DNA of 64,000 nucleotides from positions 3,264,001 to 3,328,000 of the forward strand of contig OZ223209.1 of assembly GCA_965140415.1 (NCBI GenBank). The letters run 5' to 3'. The stretch is from Myxococcota bacterium. GTDB taxonomy: Bacteria > Myxococcota_A > SURF-8. The translations under genes and the position numbers were made by a program. The notes beneath the pieces were generated by a model, which worked only from the letters and a program-made list of their open reading frames with translations, was not told the origin of the DNA and searched no databases. Positions 40,038 through 50,867 of the stretch are shown here, piece by piece. Numbering within the stretch: the first letter of the stretch is position 1; each line of letters starts with the position of its first letter.

Positions 40038-40224
40038 TAGAGCAGGTATTACTCATTTCTGTCCATCGAGTAATCGGGATGTGCCATGGTCTCACGGAAT
40101 GGAAAATTCCGGGAGGCCGTGTGTAACTTATTGAAGACACACAGCCTTCCACGATCTTCGATCGCGTAAGACTATGCCACGAACTTACAGAATCTGTAGC
40201 TGAAAATGATTAAGAACCGGTCTA
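40038..40224. mobile_element. Putative MITE (~187 bp)
   Basis: Imperfect terminal inverted repeats tagagcaggtattactcatttc / gaaaatgattaagaaccggtcta, flanked by CTAG/CTAA. Internal hairpin gtgtgt..acacac. No ORF. Confidence 0.55.
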
Positions 40225-40255
40225 ATCCCAAAACAGAAAAACAAAACAGACAGAA

Positions 40256-40460
40256 AGAAATCCACAAGGCCCACCATCAAGGAAGGGGTTCCCTTCCGCC
40301 TTCCGTCACCTGCCACGCATCATCAGTGGCTTGTACCGGGGCGCGAACCGCCGTCAAGGCTATATGAACGTCGCTGTCGCTCCGGCCTTGACTGCCGCCC
40401 GCTAATACCCCGGTTCTTCAAGCCTCATGATGCGAGGCGGCTCCGTCGGGGAAGGGAAAA
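40256..40460 (+). repeat. ~205-bp nested-palindrome dispersed repeat, copy C
   Basis: Aligns with copies A and B. Confidence 0.92.
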
Positions 40461-40526
40461 GAAAGCCAGCCGCACCGTTCGTTCGAATCGGCAAGGCTGC
40501 CAGGAATCGGAATTGGAAGTTGAAAC

Positions 40527-40565
40527 AAAAAAAACGCCCTACAGCCAATACCGTAGAGCGTTTTT
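40527..40565 (-). terminator. Terminator after dnaK
   Basis: aaaaacgccctac / gtagagcgttttt with an A-tract (U-tail on the minus strand). Confidence 0.7.
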
Positions 40566-40599
40566 ATGATGAGTTTTTAGATTACTTCACGATTCGGTA

Positions 40600-42522
40600 C
40601 TAATCCACTTTGGTGAAGTCAGCATCGATGACATCGTCATCAGAACCTTTGTCTTGTGAAGCACCCTCCTCAGGAGCGCCATTACCGCCAGGAGCCGCAC
40701 CCTCTTGTTGTTGTTGCTGAGCAGCCTGTTGATAAGCCACCTGCGAGATACGCTGCAACACCTGCTCCAACTCGCCTTTCAACCTGTCGATTTCAGGCTT
40801 ATCGGCGTTTTCCTTGACGGCGGTACGAATCGCCTCGATCTTTTCCGTAGCTTCCTTACGATCGGCTTCCGGAACAGCTTCGCCCAACTCATTCAACTGG
40901 CGCTCAACCGAGTATGCCAGGTGATCCGCCTGGTTACGGGCATCGATCGCTTCGCGATTTTTCTTGTCCTCTTCCGCATGCGCTTCGGCATCCTGAACCA
41001 TTTTATCAATTTCGGCATCGTTCAGGTTTGAAGAAGCCGTAATGGTGATCTTCTGTTCTTTCTGCGTCTCAAGATCCTTGGCCGAAACATTCAAAATTCC
41101 GTTTGCGTCGATGTCGAATGCAACTTCGATTTGCGGCACGCCGCGCGGCGCCAAACGAATGCCTTCCAGGTTGAACTGACCCAGCAAACGATTGCTGGAG
41201 GCCATTTCGCGCTCACCCTGAAGTACGCGAACGGTTACGGCGGTTTGATTGTCATCCGCGGTCGAGAAAACTTCCTGCTTGCGAACGGGAATCGTGGTGT
41301 TGCGTTCGATGAGCTTGGTCATTACGCCACCCAGCGTTTCGATTCCCAAAGACAACGGAGTAACATCAAGCAGCACGACGTCTTTCACATCACCCTGCAA
41401 CACACCGGCCTGCACGGCAGCGCCCATCGCCACGACTTCATCTGGGTTCACGGACTGGTTCGGTTCCTTGTTGATGATACTCTTGACGAGTGCCTTGACA
41501 GCCGGAATACGAGTGGAACCACCGACCAGAATGACCTCATTGATTTCACCGGGCTGCAAACCGGCATCGGACAACGCCTGATTTACCGGTCCTCGCGTAC
41601 GCTCGACCAGATCATGGGTCAACTCATCGAATTTGGCCCGATTGATGCGCATTTCCAAATGCTTGGGACCGCTGGCATCCGCTGTAATGAACGGCAGGGA
41701 AACTGTGGCTTCACTCATTGTGGACAGCTCGCATTTGGCTTTTTCCGCACCCTCGGTCAAGCGCTGCAACGCCTGCTTATCGGAGCGCAGGTCAATGCCC
41801 TGCTCTTTTTTGAATTCATCGGCGATATAATCGACCAGTTTTCTGTCGAAATCGTCTCCACCCAGATGGGTGTCGCCGTTGGTGGCCATAACTTCCACCA
41901 CATTGTCGCCGATATCCAGAATCGACACATCGAATGTTCCACCACCCAAATCGAAAACCAGGATTTTTTCGTCTTTGCGTCGATTCAGACCGTAGGCCAA
42001 AGCTGCCGCCGTCGGCTCGTTGACAATACGCTGCACGTTCAAGCCCGCGATCTTACCGGCATCTTTTGTTGCCTGGCGCTGGGAATCGTTGAAGTATGCG
42101 GGGACGGTCACGACGACGTCCGTGACCTTTTCACCCAGATACGCTTCGGCATCATTTACCAGTTTGCGCAAAACCTGAGCGGAAATCTCTTCCGGTGCAA
42201 CCTGCTTGCCACCCACATTGAAACGAATCGTATCGTTATCGGAGCGAACGACTTCATAAGGCACCTGGCGAGATTCTTCATCGACCTCACCCCATTTGCG
42301 CCCTACAAAACGCTTGGCGGAAAAGACGGTATCCTGCGGATTCATGACCGCTTGTCGTTTTCCCAATGCGCCTACAAGTCGTTCTCCTTCTTTCGTATAC
42401 CCCACCACAGAGGGAGTGGTGCGGGCACCTTCTGCATTCGCGATTACCGTCGCATTATCGCCTTCCATAACCGCGATGACAGAGTTCGTCGTTCCTAAGT
42501 CAATTCCTACTGTTTTTGCCAT
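40600..42522 (-). CDS. dnaK: Chaperone DnaK (Hsp70)
   Basis: [43 protein letters not shown]. Confidence 0.98.
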   Translation of the reverse strand: MAKTVGIDLGTTNSVIAVMEGDNATVIANAEGARTTPSVVGYTKEGERLVGALGKRQAVMNPQDTVFSAKRFVGRKWGEVDEESRQVPYEVVRSDNDTIRFNVGGKQVAPEEISAQVLRKLVNDAEAYLGEKVTDVVVTVPAYFNDSQRQATKDAGKIAGLNVQRIVNEPTAAALAYGLNRRKDEKILVFDLGGGTFDVSILDIGDNVVEVMATNGDTHLGGDDFDRKLVDYIADEFKKEQGIDLRSDKQALQRLTEGAEKAKCELSTMSEATVSLPFITADASGPKHLEMRINRAKFDELTHDLVERTRGPVNQALSDAGLQPGEINEVILVGGSTRIPAVKALVKSIINKEPNQSVNPDEVVAMGAAVQAGVLQGDVKDVVLLDVTPLSLGIETLGGVMTKLIERNTTIPVRKQEVFSTADDNQTAVTVRVLQGEREMASSNRLLGQFNLEGIRLAPRGVPQIEVAFDIDANGILNVSAKDLETQKEQKITITASSNLNDAEIDKMVQDAEAHAEEDKKNREAIDARNQADHLAYSVERQLNELGEAVPEADRKEATEKIEAIRTAVKENADKPEIDRLKGELEQVLQRISQVAYQQAAQQQQQEGAAPGGNGAPEEGASQDKGSDDDVIDADFTKVD

Positions 42523-42645
42523 CGTTTTCTCCTTCTCTATATTGGAGTCTCATGTAATTGTTTAACGCTTCGCTTTCACTAAGCTTTCTAATTTTCCAAA
42601 CGACCGTTCGATCGGCGTTTATCGTTTCATCTAAGCTAAACTAAG

Positions 42646-42666
42646 ATTGATCTGGCACTTGTCAAG
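42646..42666 (-). promoter_or_regulatory. dnaK promoter -35 overlapped by a HAIR-like (TTGA-N11-TCAA) inverted repeat
   Basis: attgatc-tggcact-tgtcaag has the spacing of CTTGAGT-N7-ACTCAAG. The minus strand reads TTGACA. Confidence 0.45.
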
Positions 42667-42851
42667 TGACGAAAAACTTTTTCCGACATTAAGTCGTGAA
42701 GATTCCTATGTTCTTCCCCTTTCATCACGAACAAGCGCCATTCCAATAAATATACCCGGCTGAAAACTTGACATTATGGCAAGCGCTCTTATTTTACTAC
42801 CGACACGAGTTAGCAATTTGAACTGAACACTAGGGCAGGTGAGACGTTACG

Positions 42852-43475
42852 ATGATCAAGAACATTCCAATTGAAACAGACGATCCGAAAACTCCGGCAG
42901 AAGAAGAGGAGTTGGATTCTCAAAGTTCCGTGGCGGCAGAAAAAGCAGCGAGCGAAGCAGAGCCGAACTCAACGGATCAGCCTATCGAAGAGGAATCTGC
43001 AAACGCGCAGGATCCCTCCTTTGAGGACAATGAAAAAGCCGAGAAAACAAAGGAAGAAAATATCGATTGGAAAGACCGCTGCCTGCGCAGCATGGCGGAA
43101 CTGGACAACGCCACAAGAACGATCCCCAAGCGGATACAGGAAGGGATTTCCCGTTTCAAACGAGCTCATTTCGTTGAATTGCTGGAACTTTCCGATGCAT
43201 TGGATCGCGCCCTCTCCCAACTTCCTGGTCAGGATGACAGTTGGCGACAGGGATTAGAAACGATGCAACGCATGATGACCGATATCTTGGCAAAACAAGG
43301 GGTTACAAGAATCGAAACCGCGGGTAAAGTATTCGATCCCGCGCTGCACGAAGTCGTTAGCACGCAAAACAATCCCGAGTTCGAAGAGGGAATGATCATT
43401 GCGGAATTGCGCTCCGGCTGGATGATGGATGGCAACCTGCTAAGAGCTTCGATGGTCGTTGTGGCAAGCAGCTGA
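42852..43475 (+). CDS. grpE: Nucleotide exchange factor GrpE
   Basis: LRSMAELDN, DALDRAL, FDPALHEVV, LLRASMVVVA. Confidence 0.92.
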   Translation: MIKNIPIETDDPKTPAEEEELDSQSSVAAEKAASEAEPNSTDQPIEEESANAQDPSFEDNEKAEKTKEENIDWKDRCLRSMAELDNATRTIPKRIQEGISRFKRAHFVELLELSDALDRALSQLPGQDDSWRQGLETMQRMMTDILAKQGVTRIETAGKVFDPALHEVVSTQNNPEFEEGMIIAELRSGWMMDGNLLRASMVVVASS

Positions 43476-43506
43476 AAGCATTCTCCACTGAAAGAGATGA
43501 TTGTTA

Positions 43507-44484
43507 ATGGAATACATCGACTATTACAACGTACTGGGCATTGACCGTAAGGCGTCAAAAGAACAAATCACGAAAGCCTTTCGCGCATTGGCGAAGAAAT
43601 ATCACCCGGATATCAACAAAGCCCCGGAAGCGGAAACCAAATTCAAACAGGTGAATGAAGCTTACGAGGTTTTAAAAGATCCGGAAAAGCGGAAGAAATA
43701 CGACACATTAGGCGCGAACTGGAAAAATGGCGAACGCTTCCGACCACCTCCCGGCTGGGGCAACGTGCATATGGATTTCGAACAGGGAGGCGGCGCTGGC
43801 GGCTTTTCCGACTTCTTTAATTCGATTTTCGGAAATTTCGGAGGTGGAGGCGCGGGTCGTTCGGCAGGCGGCTTCGGTGGCTTTGAAGATCTGTTCTCGA
43901 ATTTTGGCGGAGCGAGCCACTCCCATCCCGGCGCCAGGCAACGCCCGATGCGAGGATCGGATCTGGAAGCGGACATCGAAATCAGCCTGGAAGACGCCTA
44001 TCGCGGAACGAGCAAGACGATTCAGCTTCAAACCGCATCCGGCGAGGTCATGACCTACCAGATCAGCATTCCGGCTGGTATCCGCAACGGTCAAAAGATC
44101 CGCCTTGCCGGTCAAGGAGCCAATGGCACTGCCGGGCCGCGTGGCGATCTGCTGATCACCGTTCGAATCACACCACATCCCCGTTTCAATGTCAAAGGGG
44201 ACGATCTTGTGCTTGAGCTTCCGATCACCCCTTGGGAAGCGGCTTTGGGAACGGTATTGCGCATTGAAACGCTGGCTGGTGAAATTGAAACCAAAATTCC
44301 GGCAGGGATGCAGTCTGGAAAACAACTGCGCCTGAAAGAGCGCGGCATGCCGATCAAAGGTGGAAAGAAAGGTGACTTATACATCAAGGTAAAAATCGTC
44401 ATTCCAACGTCATTGACGGAAGACGAGCGCAAGCTCTTTGAAGAATTGAGCGAGGTTTCCTCTTTTTCTCCGAGAAAGGCATAG
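43507..44484 (+). CDS. DnaJ-class co-chaperone without zinc finger (CbpA-like)
   Basis: DYYNVLG, KYHPD, G/F-rich linker, C-terminal DnaJ_C (PWEAALG). No CxxCxGxG repeats. Confidence 0.93.
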   Translation: MEYIDYYNVLGIDRKASKEQITKAFRALAKKYHPDINKAPEAETKFKQVNEAYEVLKDPEKRKKYDTLGANWKNGERFRPPPGWGNVHMDFEQGGGAGGFSDFFNSIFGNFGGGGAGRSAGGFGGFEDLFSNFGGASHSHPGARQRPMRGSDLEADIEISLEDAYRGTSKTIQLQTASGEVMTYQISIPAGIRNGQKIRLAGQGANGTAGPRGDLLITVRITPHPRFNVKGDDLVLELPITPWEAALGTVLRIETLAGEIETKIPAGMQSGKQLRLKERGMPIKGGKKGDLYIKVKIVIPTSLTEDERKLFEELSEVSSFSPRKA

Positions 44485-44487
44485 AAA

Positions 44488-45621
44488 TCAGGAAACAATT
44501 ACACGGGCTCCATGAGGCTCGATTCGTGTAACGACTTCATAATTGATCGTGCCCAGCCACGAGGCCATCATTTCGGCGGAAATGCGGTCATCTCCCTGGT
44601 TACCAAGCAGGATGACTTCATCTCCGACTTGAGCGCGGGGAATATCGGTTACATCCGCCATGCACATGTTCATCGAAACACGCCCCAGAATCCTGGCTCT
44701 TCCACCGTGAATCAGCACGAACGCATCGTTGGACAACCCCCGATCGTAGCCATTGGCATAACCGACCGGCAATACGGCCATGCGAGTTTCCCGCGTGGTT
44801 CTGAACGTGCGCCCGTACCCGATGTATTCTCCGATACGCAGTCGCTTGACCTGGGCGATGCGTGTTTTCCACGTCATCACCGGCTTTAACTCAAGCGTTT
44901 CTCTACCCAAGTGTTGCGCAGACACAAAGGTTTCTTTGCTTGGCCAAAGCCCATACGTTCCAATTCCCACTCTTACCAGATCGAAATAGGTTTGCGGGAA
45001 CAATAATGTCGCCGCCGTACAGGCGGTATGTCGCAACTGAGGCCGCAACTGGAGTTCCTCCAGTTTGTGCAACACTTCCTTAAAGCGCTCAAGCTGCTGT
45101 TCTGCAAAACGATGATCCGTGGTGTCTTCGATATCGGCGAAATGAGTATAAATACCGGCAATATCGACACCAGGCTTTCGCCCAAGCTTTGCCGCCAGAG
45201 CCAACTCATCAGCGCATAATCCCTGTCGATTCGTACCGGTTTCAATTTTAAGGTGAACGTGTAGCGAGGAGCACTCGGCTTTCAATACCTCTTGCACAGC
45301 CTCTGTAGAAGCGATGGTAAGATGAATTCCCAGGCGGTCAGCATCCTCCAAGCATTCCGCCGGAGTGGGTCCATACACCAGGATGGGGACAGTAATGCCG
45401 CAACGACGTAACTGCAAGGCTTCCCAGATATTGAAAACTCCCAGCCATTGCGCGCCATGATTCAACACGATACGGGCAACAAGCTCCAGTCCATGACCGT
45501 AGGCGCCACTCTTAACGACCGAAAGCAGTTGCCGCTCTTCACCAATCAACCGTTTGAATTGACGTACATTGTGCGCCAGAGCGGATTCACTGACTTCAAC
45601 CCATGACAGAGCATCCAACAA
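44488..45621 (-). CDS. alr: Alanine racemase
   Basis: VVKSGAYGHG, HLKIETG..RQG, YTHFA, VRVGI, GYANG, GRVSM, TINYEV. Confidence 0.95.
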   Translation of the reverse strand: MLDALSWVEVSESALAHNVRQFKRLIGEERQLLSVVKSGAYGHGLELVARIVLNHGAQWLGVFNIWEALQLRRCGITVPILVYGPTPAECLEDADRLGIHLTIASTEAVQEVLKAECSSLHVHLKIETGTNRQGLCADELALAAKLGRKPGVDIAGIYTHFADIEDTTDHRFAEQQLERFKEVLHKLEELQLRPQLRHTACTAATLLFPQTYFDLVRVGIGTYGLWPSKETFVSAQHLGRETLELKPVMTWKTRIAQVKRLRIGEYIGYGRTFRTTRETRMAVLPVGYANGYDRGLSNDAFVLIHGGRARILGRVSMNMCMADVTDIPRAQVGDEVILLGNQGDDRISAEMMASWLGTINYEVVTRIEPHGARVIVS

Positions 45622-45763
45622 ACCACTTCTCCCTATTGTGTATCAAGCTTACCGAGGACAAAAAGACAGGACATACTTTACCAGGAAATTGAAATTCCAC
45701 AAGACTCACGATTCGATAAAAAGGTGAGTGTCGTTCAGGTTTCAAAACACAGAAAGACAGGGA

Positions 45764-48541
45764 TCAAGGATGGCGTACGCTGATTTCGTCCAGAGCTTCT
45801 TTTGCCCGTTGAGACAAGATCGGATCTTTTTCTTTTTGTGCACGATTCAAGACGCCTTTCACCCGGCGACCCGATCCGATTTTGCCTAGCGTGGTACAAA
45901 CCGCCAGTTTCACACCGTCCGAAACGGAAATCGCACCTGTCGATTTCTTGAACAGGGTTTTCCAACCTCCGCCATATACGGTTTCCAGCAATTCCACCAA
46001 CAGGTTTTCAATCGCTTTCCTGCGCGGCTCGTCGAGATCATCCAGATTGCCTACAGCCCGAATGACCTGGACTCGCATGGAATCGTCATTGTTTTCACCC
46101 CGCCCTTCCAGAACATCCATATAGAAGCGCATCACGCGGTCATTGTGGCTTTTCAGATTGCCCAATCCAAAGATCGCTTTTTCCCGGACTTTGGCTTCTT
46201 GATCGTCCAACGCCTTGATCAAGTGGGTTTCCGCCACATCCGGCGCAAGCTTGACCAATGCATTGATGGTTTCCTCGCGAACGGATGAATTCTCATGGTA
46301 CAACAGCAGTGTCAGTTTCCCGACAACCTTCTTGTCCCCAACAACACTTAGGATATTAATGACGTTACGCAGGAAATACCAGGGATTGCCCTCTCGGTAC
46401 AATTCAGTAATGAGGTAAGGCACACCATTGGGACCGATATCGGTAATGGCTCTGATCAGTTGCTTGCGCACCCATTTGTCATCGTGATCTTTCAACAAGG
46501 TCAACAACATGGGAACGGATTTGGAACCGAAAGTCACAAACACTCCGGTAGCCAACGCGCGCAGATCTTTGTCGTCCGACTCGAATGCTTCGCGCAATTG
46601 GTCCAGGACATTGGTACTTGCTATATAATCAAACAATCTGCGTGTTTTGCTTTTTCGGCGTACGTCGCGATCATCCAAGTGCTTGCGAGCCGCATCGATG
46701 ATACGACCGACAAGTAGAAATTCTTTTTTCTCCGACAGTAACGGAACAACTCGCTGGAACCGATTCAAGAATTCAGAGAAATCACGATCTCCCAGGTGGG
46801 AATCGAAACGCTCCAGAATTTCATCGGCGTGTTCCAAGAAGGCTTCCATCAATTTCTTATTGGTGATTCGCTCCTGAATACGCACAGGCAAGGTCTGGAA
46901 GGCAATCATTTTGTGTCCGAAAAACACTTCCAATGCTTCATCTGCATTCGGATCTTTTTCTTCAAGGAAACGATCGGCGATATGCTTGAAAATACGAACT
47001 AAAACTTTTTCCTGTTCGCTGGCCTTCTGTCGCTGTACTTCCAAAGGTGCCTTGCGCTGCAGTTCGCGAACGCCATCCAGTTCCTTAAGCAGCACATAAG
47101 ACGTTTCTGCCAGGAATTTCATGTCCGCACCACGGATCATGAACTGCTCGACATCGATGTCTTTTGTAACGGTACTACCTTCAATGGCATCCATAATCAA
47201 ATCGGCATTGAGCAACACCGCAATCATAAAGGATGGGTTGCGCAGCGGCTTGATTGTATCCGAGAAGATGCGAATCTTGATTTTGGCAAGCTCGTCTTCG
47301 GTCGCATTTTTCAACAGAGGAACCGTTTTCAAATCTTTTTTCAGGCGGGAGAGCGTCAACTCCGCCTGCCAAGGGAGCTTTCGCCCACTGGAAATGATAT
47401 CTTCATCGAAAATGGCGCTGATCTCGAAAATACCGCTTTCAACCAATGTCTTTGTAAAGCGCTCACCCTCTTTTCGACTATCCTCGCGGAATTCCGGAGA
47501 ATACATACTAAGCAAATCGATAAAGCGGTTGAACTTGTCTTCGTTGATTCCGCGCTTGATCGACAATGAAATCAAGCAACGCCTTTCCAGGTATTCTAAA
47601 AAGCGTGGGATGTACAATTCCGCCATACCGTGAGGCATGATCTCACGCAATCCCAGCATTTCATCTAGCACGCCGTCGACCAGAACGTCTTTTTCATCAC
47701 CGATGGCCTTGCGGATAAAGTTGACTTCGCGCCGTTTTCCAATGATCTTTCGCAGCAGAGCGTACAATCCCTTCTTGGCCTTAACGGCTTCGGGATGGTT
47801 CGAGTCCGCATAGTATCCGGAACGCTGCACGGATTTTGTAAAGGCTAGAATATAGGCAACGACATATTTCTTTTGTTCAAGGTAGGGATCGTCCTCGGCG
47901 CTCATCCCCTCCTTTTTAGGCATGATCAGATCACCGGAAACACCCTTCAGTTCTTCAGGTAATTCAGCCTCAATAAGATCTTCATCGTCGGGAGAATCTT
48001 CCGCTAACATCGCAGCAACGGCAGCGCGATCCTCCTCACTGCGCTCAGCAGGAGCAGCAGGTTTTGGTTTCTTTTCCGCTTTGGCTTTACTGGGCGTTGA
48101 CGTTGAGGGAGAAGGCTTGGCTTCAGGAGTTGGCAGAGAAGTTGGGAGATCATCTTCCAACCCACCTAAATCGATCGTAAGATCGGAATCTGAAATGTCG
48201 ATGTCCGCTTTATCTTCCGAAAGCGCATCCATCACCAGTTGCTTGTGTTCCGCAGAAAAATCAACCAGTTTAAACAAAGATATCGAGTAGGGTTTTTCCC
48301 CCTGCTCCTTAACTTTTTCCACATCAGCCTGAATCTCGAACGATTGGCCATTTGGGAGGACAAACACAAGTTGCTTGCTATCCCCCGGTCGTGCCTCGGA
48401 AGAAGTACGCACAACTGCGCGACTGGACTTAAGATATTTGTCGAAGTTCTTTTCCAGTTCGTCCTTGGAATCGAACGTGATTTCAATCTTGGATTCCCCA
48501 GCCCAGTCCGTCCCATCCTTTGTGGGTCCCGTGAATATCAT
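45764..48541 (-). CDS. HEAT-repeat protein with N-terminal PilZ-like domain and acidic/Pro-rich linker
   Basis: C-terminal HEAT-like repeats (WVRKQ, WYFLRN, SVREE, KVREKA). N-terminal beta-rich segment resembling myxobacterial PilZ-like domains. Confidence 0.7.
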   Translation of the reverse strand: MIFTGPTKDGTDWAGESKIEITFDSKDELEKNFDKYLKSSRAVVRTSSEARPGDSKQLVFVLPNGQSFEIQADVEKVKEQGEKPYSISLFKLVDFSAEHKQLVMDALSEDKADIDISDSDLTIDLGGLEDDLPTSLPTPEAKPSPSTSTPSKAKAEKKPKPAAPAERSEEDRAAVAAMLAEDSPDDEDLIEAELPEELKGVSGDLIMPKKEGMSAEDDPYLEQKKYVVAYILAFTKSVQRSGYYADSNHPEAVKAKKGLYALLRKIIGKRREVNFIRKAIGDEKDVLVDGVLDEMLGLREIMPHGMAELYIPRFLEYLERRCLISLSIKRGINEDKFNRFIDLLSMYSPEFREDSRKEGERFTKTLVESGIFEISAIFDEDIISSGRKLPWQAELTLSRLKKDLKTVPLLKNATEDELAKIKIRIFSDTIKPLRNPSFMIAVLLNADLIMDAIEGSTVTKDIDVEQFMIRGADMKFLAETSYVLLKELDGVRELQRKAPLEVQRQKASEQEKVLVRIFKHIADRFLEEKDPNADEALEVFFGHKMIAFQTLPVRIQERITNKKLMEAFLEHADEILERFDSHLGDRDFSEFLNRFQRVVPLLSEKKEFLLVGRIIDAARKHLDDRDVRRKSKTRRLFDYIASTNVLDQLREAFESDDKDLRALATGVFVTFGSKSVPMLLTLLKDHDDKWVRKQLIRAITDIGPNGVPYLITELYREGNPWYFLRNVINILSVVGDKKVVGKLTLLLYHENSSVREETINALVKLAPDVAETHLIKALDDQEAKVREKAIFGLGNLKSHNDRVMRFYMDVLEGRGENNDDSMRVQVIRAVGNLDDLDEPRRKAIENLLVELLETVYGGGWKTLFKKSTGAISVSDGVKLAVCTTLGKIGSGRRVKGVLNRAQKEKDPILSQRAKEALDEISVRHP

Positions 48542-48891
48542 CAGAGATCGTCTCCACGTGATAGGTTCCGCTTCATGTATTGATCACTTGCCCCAACATT
48601 AAAATTAACATAAAAAGCTAAAATTAGCAAACAATTACTAATCTTGAAGAAGAACGCAAGATTAAAATCCCACCATATCATTCTTCCTAGGCCCCACCCA
48701 ATCCGAATGAAAATAAATTCTATCGAAAACCAAGTGCCATTGACAATAATGTCAGGAATTCAACCCAGCCACACCCACTATGACATATTCATCAATGACA
48801 TGACATTGATGTCACACAGAAAACCACTGAAAGGAAAGAACAGTAACCCTGATTTTTCCTATAACACTGTTTTCTCAGGCTATTTTATTAT

Positions 48892-48907
48892 TGGCACAGA
48901 GGGTGCA
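48892..48907 (+). promoter_or_regulatory. Putative sigma-54 promoter of the VWA lipoprotein gene
   Basis: TGGCACAGAGGGTGCA has correct -24 GG / -12 GC spacing. A palindrome catcaatg-N6-cattgatg lies at 48790-48811. Confidence 0.55.
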
Positions 48908-48959
48908 TACAATACTTAACGTTAATGAAGTCACATCACATCTCGAACAGGAGGGTGTC

Positions 48960-50867
48960 ATGCCGAAATATTTGTCAGTATGGTTTCTTATGATCTTGAT
49001 GTCACTAACGCTATCCGCCTGCGATTTCGGCGATGATGATCCCATCGATTCCGGCAACGATGACACCACAGACGGCGATAGCACAGATGGAGACAGTTCT
49101 GGAAATTCCAATTCCGGCAACACTTGGACCACCGATGGCGATGCCACCGACGGCGATGCTTCAATCGATGGAGATGGCTACAAACAGCAATGTCAAAGCA
49201 ATGCGGACTGTGGCAGTGACGCCTATTGCCACAATGGACAATGCTACGCCAACAACACGGTAGATGGCGACTCTGTGGCGGATGGCGACTGGAACGGGCC
49301 GCTAACCGATGGTGATGCCTCAGAAAGCGAAGGCACCCATCTTCCAGATGGTGATTACCCTGTTGACGGTGATTACCCTGTTGATGGAGATGAGTTGATT
49401 GACGGCGACTCGTCCCCCGATGGAGATGCCTTGATCGACGGTGATGCGGAAATGGCAGCCGATCAGGACTTTGGAATCGATGGCGATGAAGATGGCACAG
49501 AAGGAGTAGAAGAAGAAATTCAGGAACTGGTCTGCCCGGATAATCAAGATCCGATGGTTCTTTACCTCTCTTCCGATGACTCCAACTCGCAGGCTTCACC
49601 TATTTTTGCTCGTGCGGCAATCCACGCGAATTCAATTGTGTATCCAGCAAACGTGCGCATCTACGAATTTCTGAACTACTATGACTTGTCTTATGATGGC
49701 CCCAGTGACCGCCCTGCCAGCGTGGGAATGCAGATGCGCTGGAAAGACCAGGAAATCGGGGAATATTCGTTACTGGCATACGCCCAAGGCCGTAAAGTAC
49801 AAGCTGAAAATCGACGCCCGTTAAACATCGTCTTTTCTCTGGACACATCCGGCTCCATGAGTGGACATCCCATTACCATGATGAAGTATATCCTGCGAGC
49901 CATGGCAAGTGTGCTTGACGAAGGCGATGTCATCTCCCTGGTGAAATGGAGTAGCAGTCAAACCGTGCTTCTGGATGGATACAACGTCCAACAGAAAAAC
50001 GACCCTACCCTGCTTCAAATTGCAAACAGCTTGTCCGCTGGCGGTTCAACCGATTTGAACTCGGGTTTGGCCACCGCCTATCGCCTCGCTCGTGAAAACT
50101 TCTCTGCGTCACGTATTAATCGAGTGGTGATGATCTCCGATGGCGGCGCGAATGTCGGAGTTACAAGCGCGGACCTGATTGCCAATTCGGCTCAAGATCA
50201 GGATGGCGAAGGCATTTACCTGGTCGGCGTTGGTGTCAGCGAATATGGCGGTTATCGCGAGGATCTGATGAATACCGTCACCGACAAAGGCAAAGGCGCC
50301 TACTTGTTTATCGATTCGCAAGCGGAAGCCGAAAAGATGTTCGGCAACCCGACCCGCTTCCTGGCCAATATGGAAGTGGCCGCAAGAAACGTGAGAATGG
50401 AATTGACCATGCCCTGGTATTTCCGTATGGCGGAATTCCATGGCGAAGAATATTCCGAAAACCCGGAAGAAGTGGAACCGCAACATCTTGCGCCTAACGA
50501 TGCCATGAGCTTCCACCAGATCATTCAAGCATGCGATCCGGAACTACCCGCCACCACGGACATCTTTAAAGCACGCGTGGATTACGAAGATCCGATTACC
50601 CGTCAGCCGATGTACGAAGAGATCGAAATGTCGATCAGCGAACTGTTCAGTTCGAGCGCCTCTCAATTGAAAAAAGCCGACATCATTGTCATGTACGCTC
50701 AAGGTCTGATCGATATCGGAAACCTGTGGTATCGCGGACATTGGAATGAGGCCAGAGACCTCGCCGACGAGTTGGCAGAAGACCTGCTTCAAGCTGCCGG
50801 ACAACTGAATGATCCGGAGATTCTGGAGATCGTGGAGTTGATGGAAACCTACGCAGACCATTTATAG
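48960..50867 (+). CDS. VWA-domain lipoprotein with DGD-repeat linker
   Basis: Lipobox LSA|C, DGD repeats, EFLNYY, MIDAS LDTSGSM, GGSTD, ISDGGANVG. Confidence 0.88.
   Translation: MPKYLSVWFLMILMSLTLSACDFGDDDPIDSGNDDTTDGDSTDGDSSGNSNSGNTWTTDGDATDGDASIDGDGYKQQCQSNADCGSDAYCHNGQCYANNTVDGDSVADGDWNGPLTDGDASESEGTHLPDGDYPVDGDYPVDGDELIDGDSSPDGDALIDGDAEMAADQDFGIDGDEDGTEGVEEEIQELVCPDNQDPMVLYLSSDDSNSQASPIFARAAIHANSIVYPANVRIYEFLNYYDLSYDGPSDRPASVGMQMRWKDQEIGEYSLLAYAQGRKVQAENRRPLNIVFSLDTSGSMSGHPITMMKYILRAMASVLDEGDVISLVKWSSSQTVLLDGYNVQQKNDPTLLQIANSLSAGGSTDLNSGLATAYRLARENFSASRINRVVMISDGGANVGVTSADLIANSAQDQDGEGIYLVGVGVSEYGGYREDLMNTVTDKGKGAYLFIDSQAEAEKMFGNPTRFLANMEVAARNVRMELTMPWYFRMAEFHGEEYSENPEEVEPQHLAPNDAMSFHQIIQACDPELPATTDIFKARVDYEDPITRQPMYEEIEMSISELFSSSASQLKKADIIVMYAQGLIDIGNLWYRGHWNEARDLADELAEDLLQAAGQLNDPEILEIVELMETYADHL

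Noticed and set aside
41131-42498. 455-aa ORF antisense to dnaK
   Set aside because: Long antisense frames are a well-known by-product of Hsp70 codon usage. There is no RBS or independent motif.
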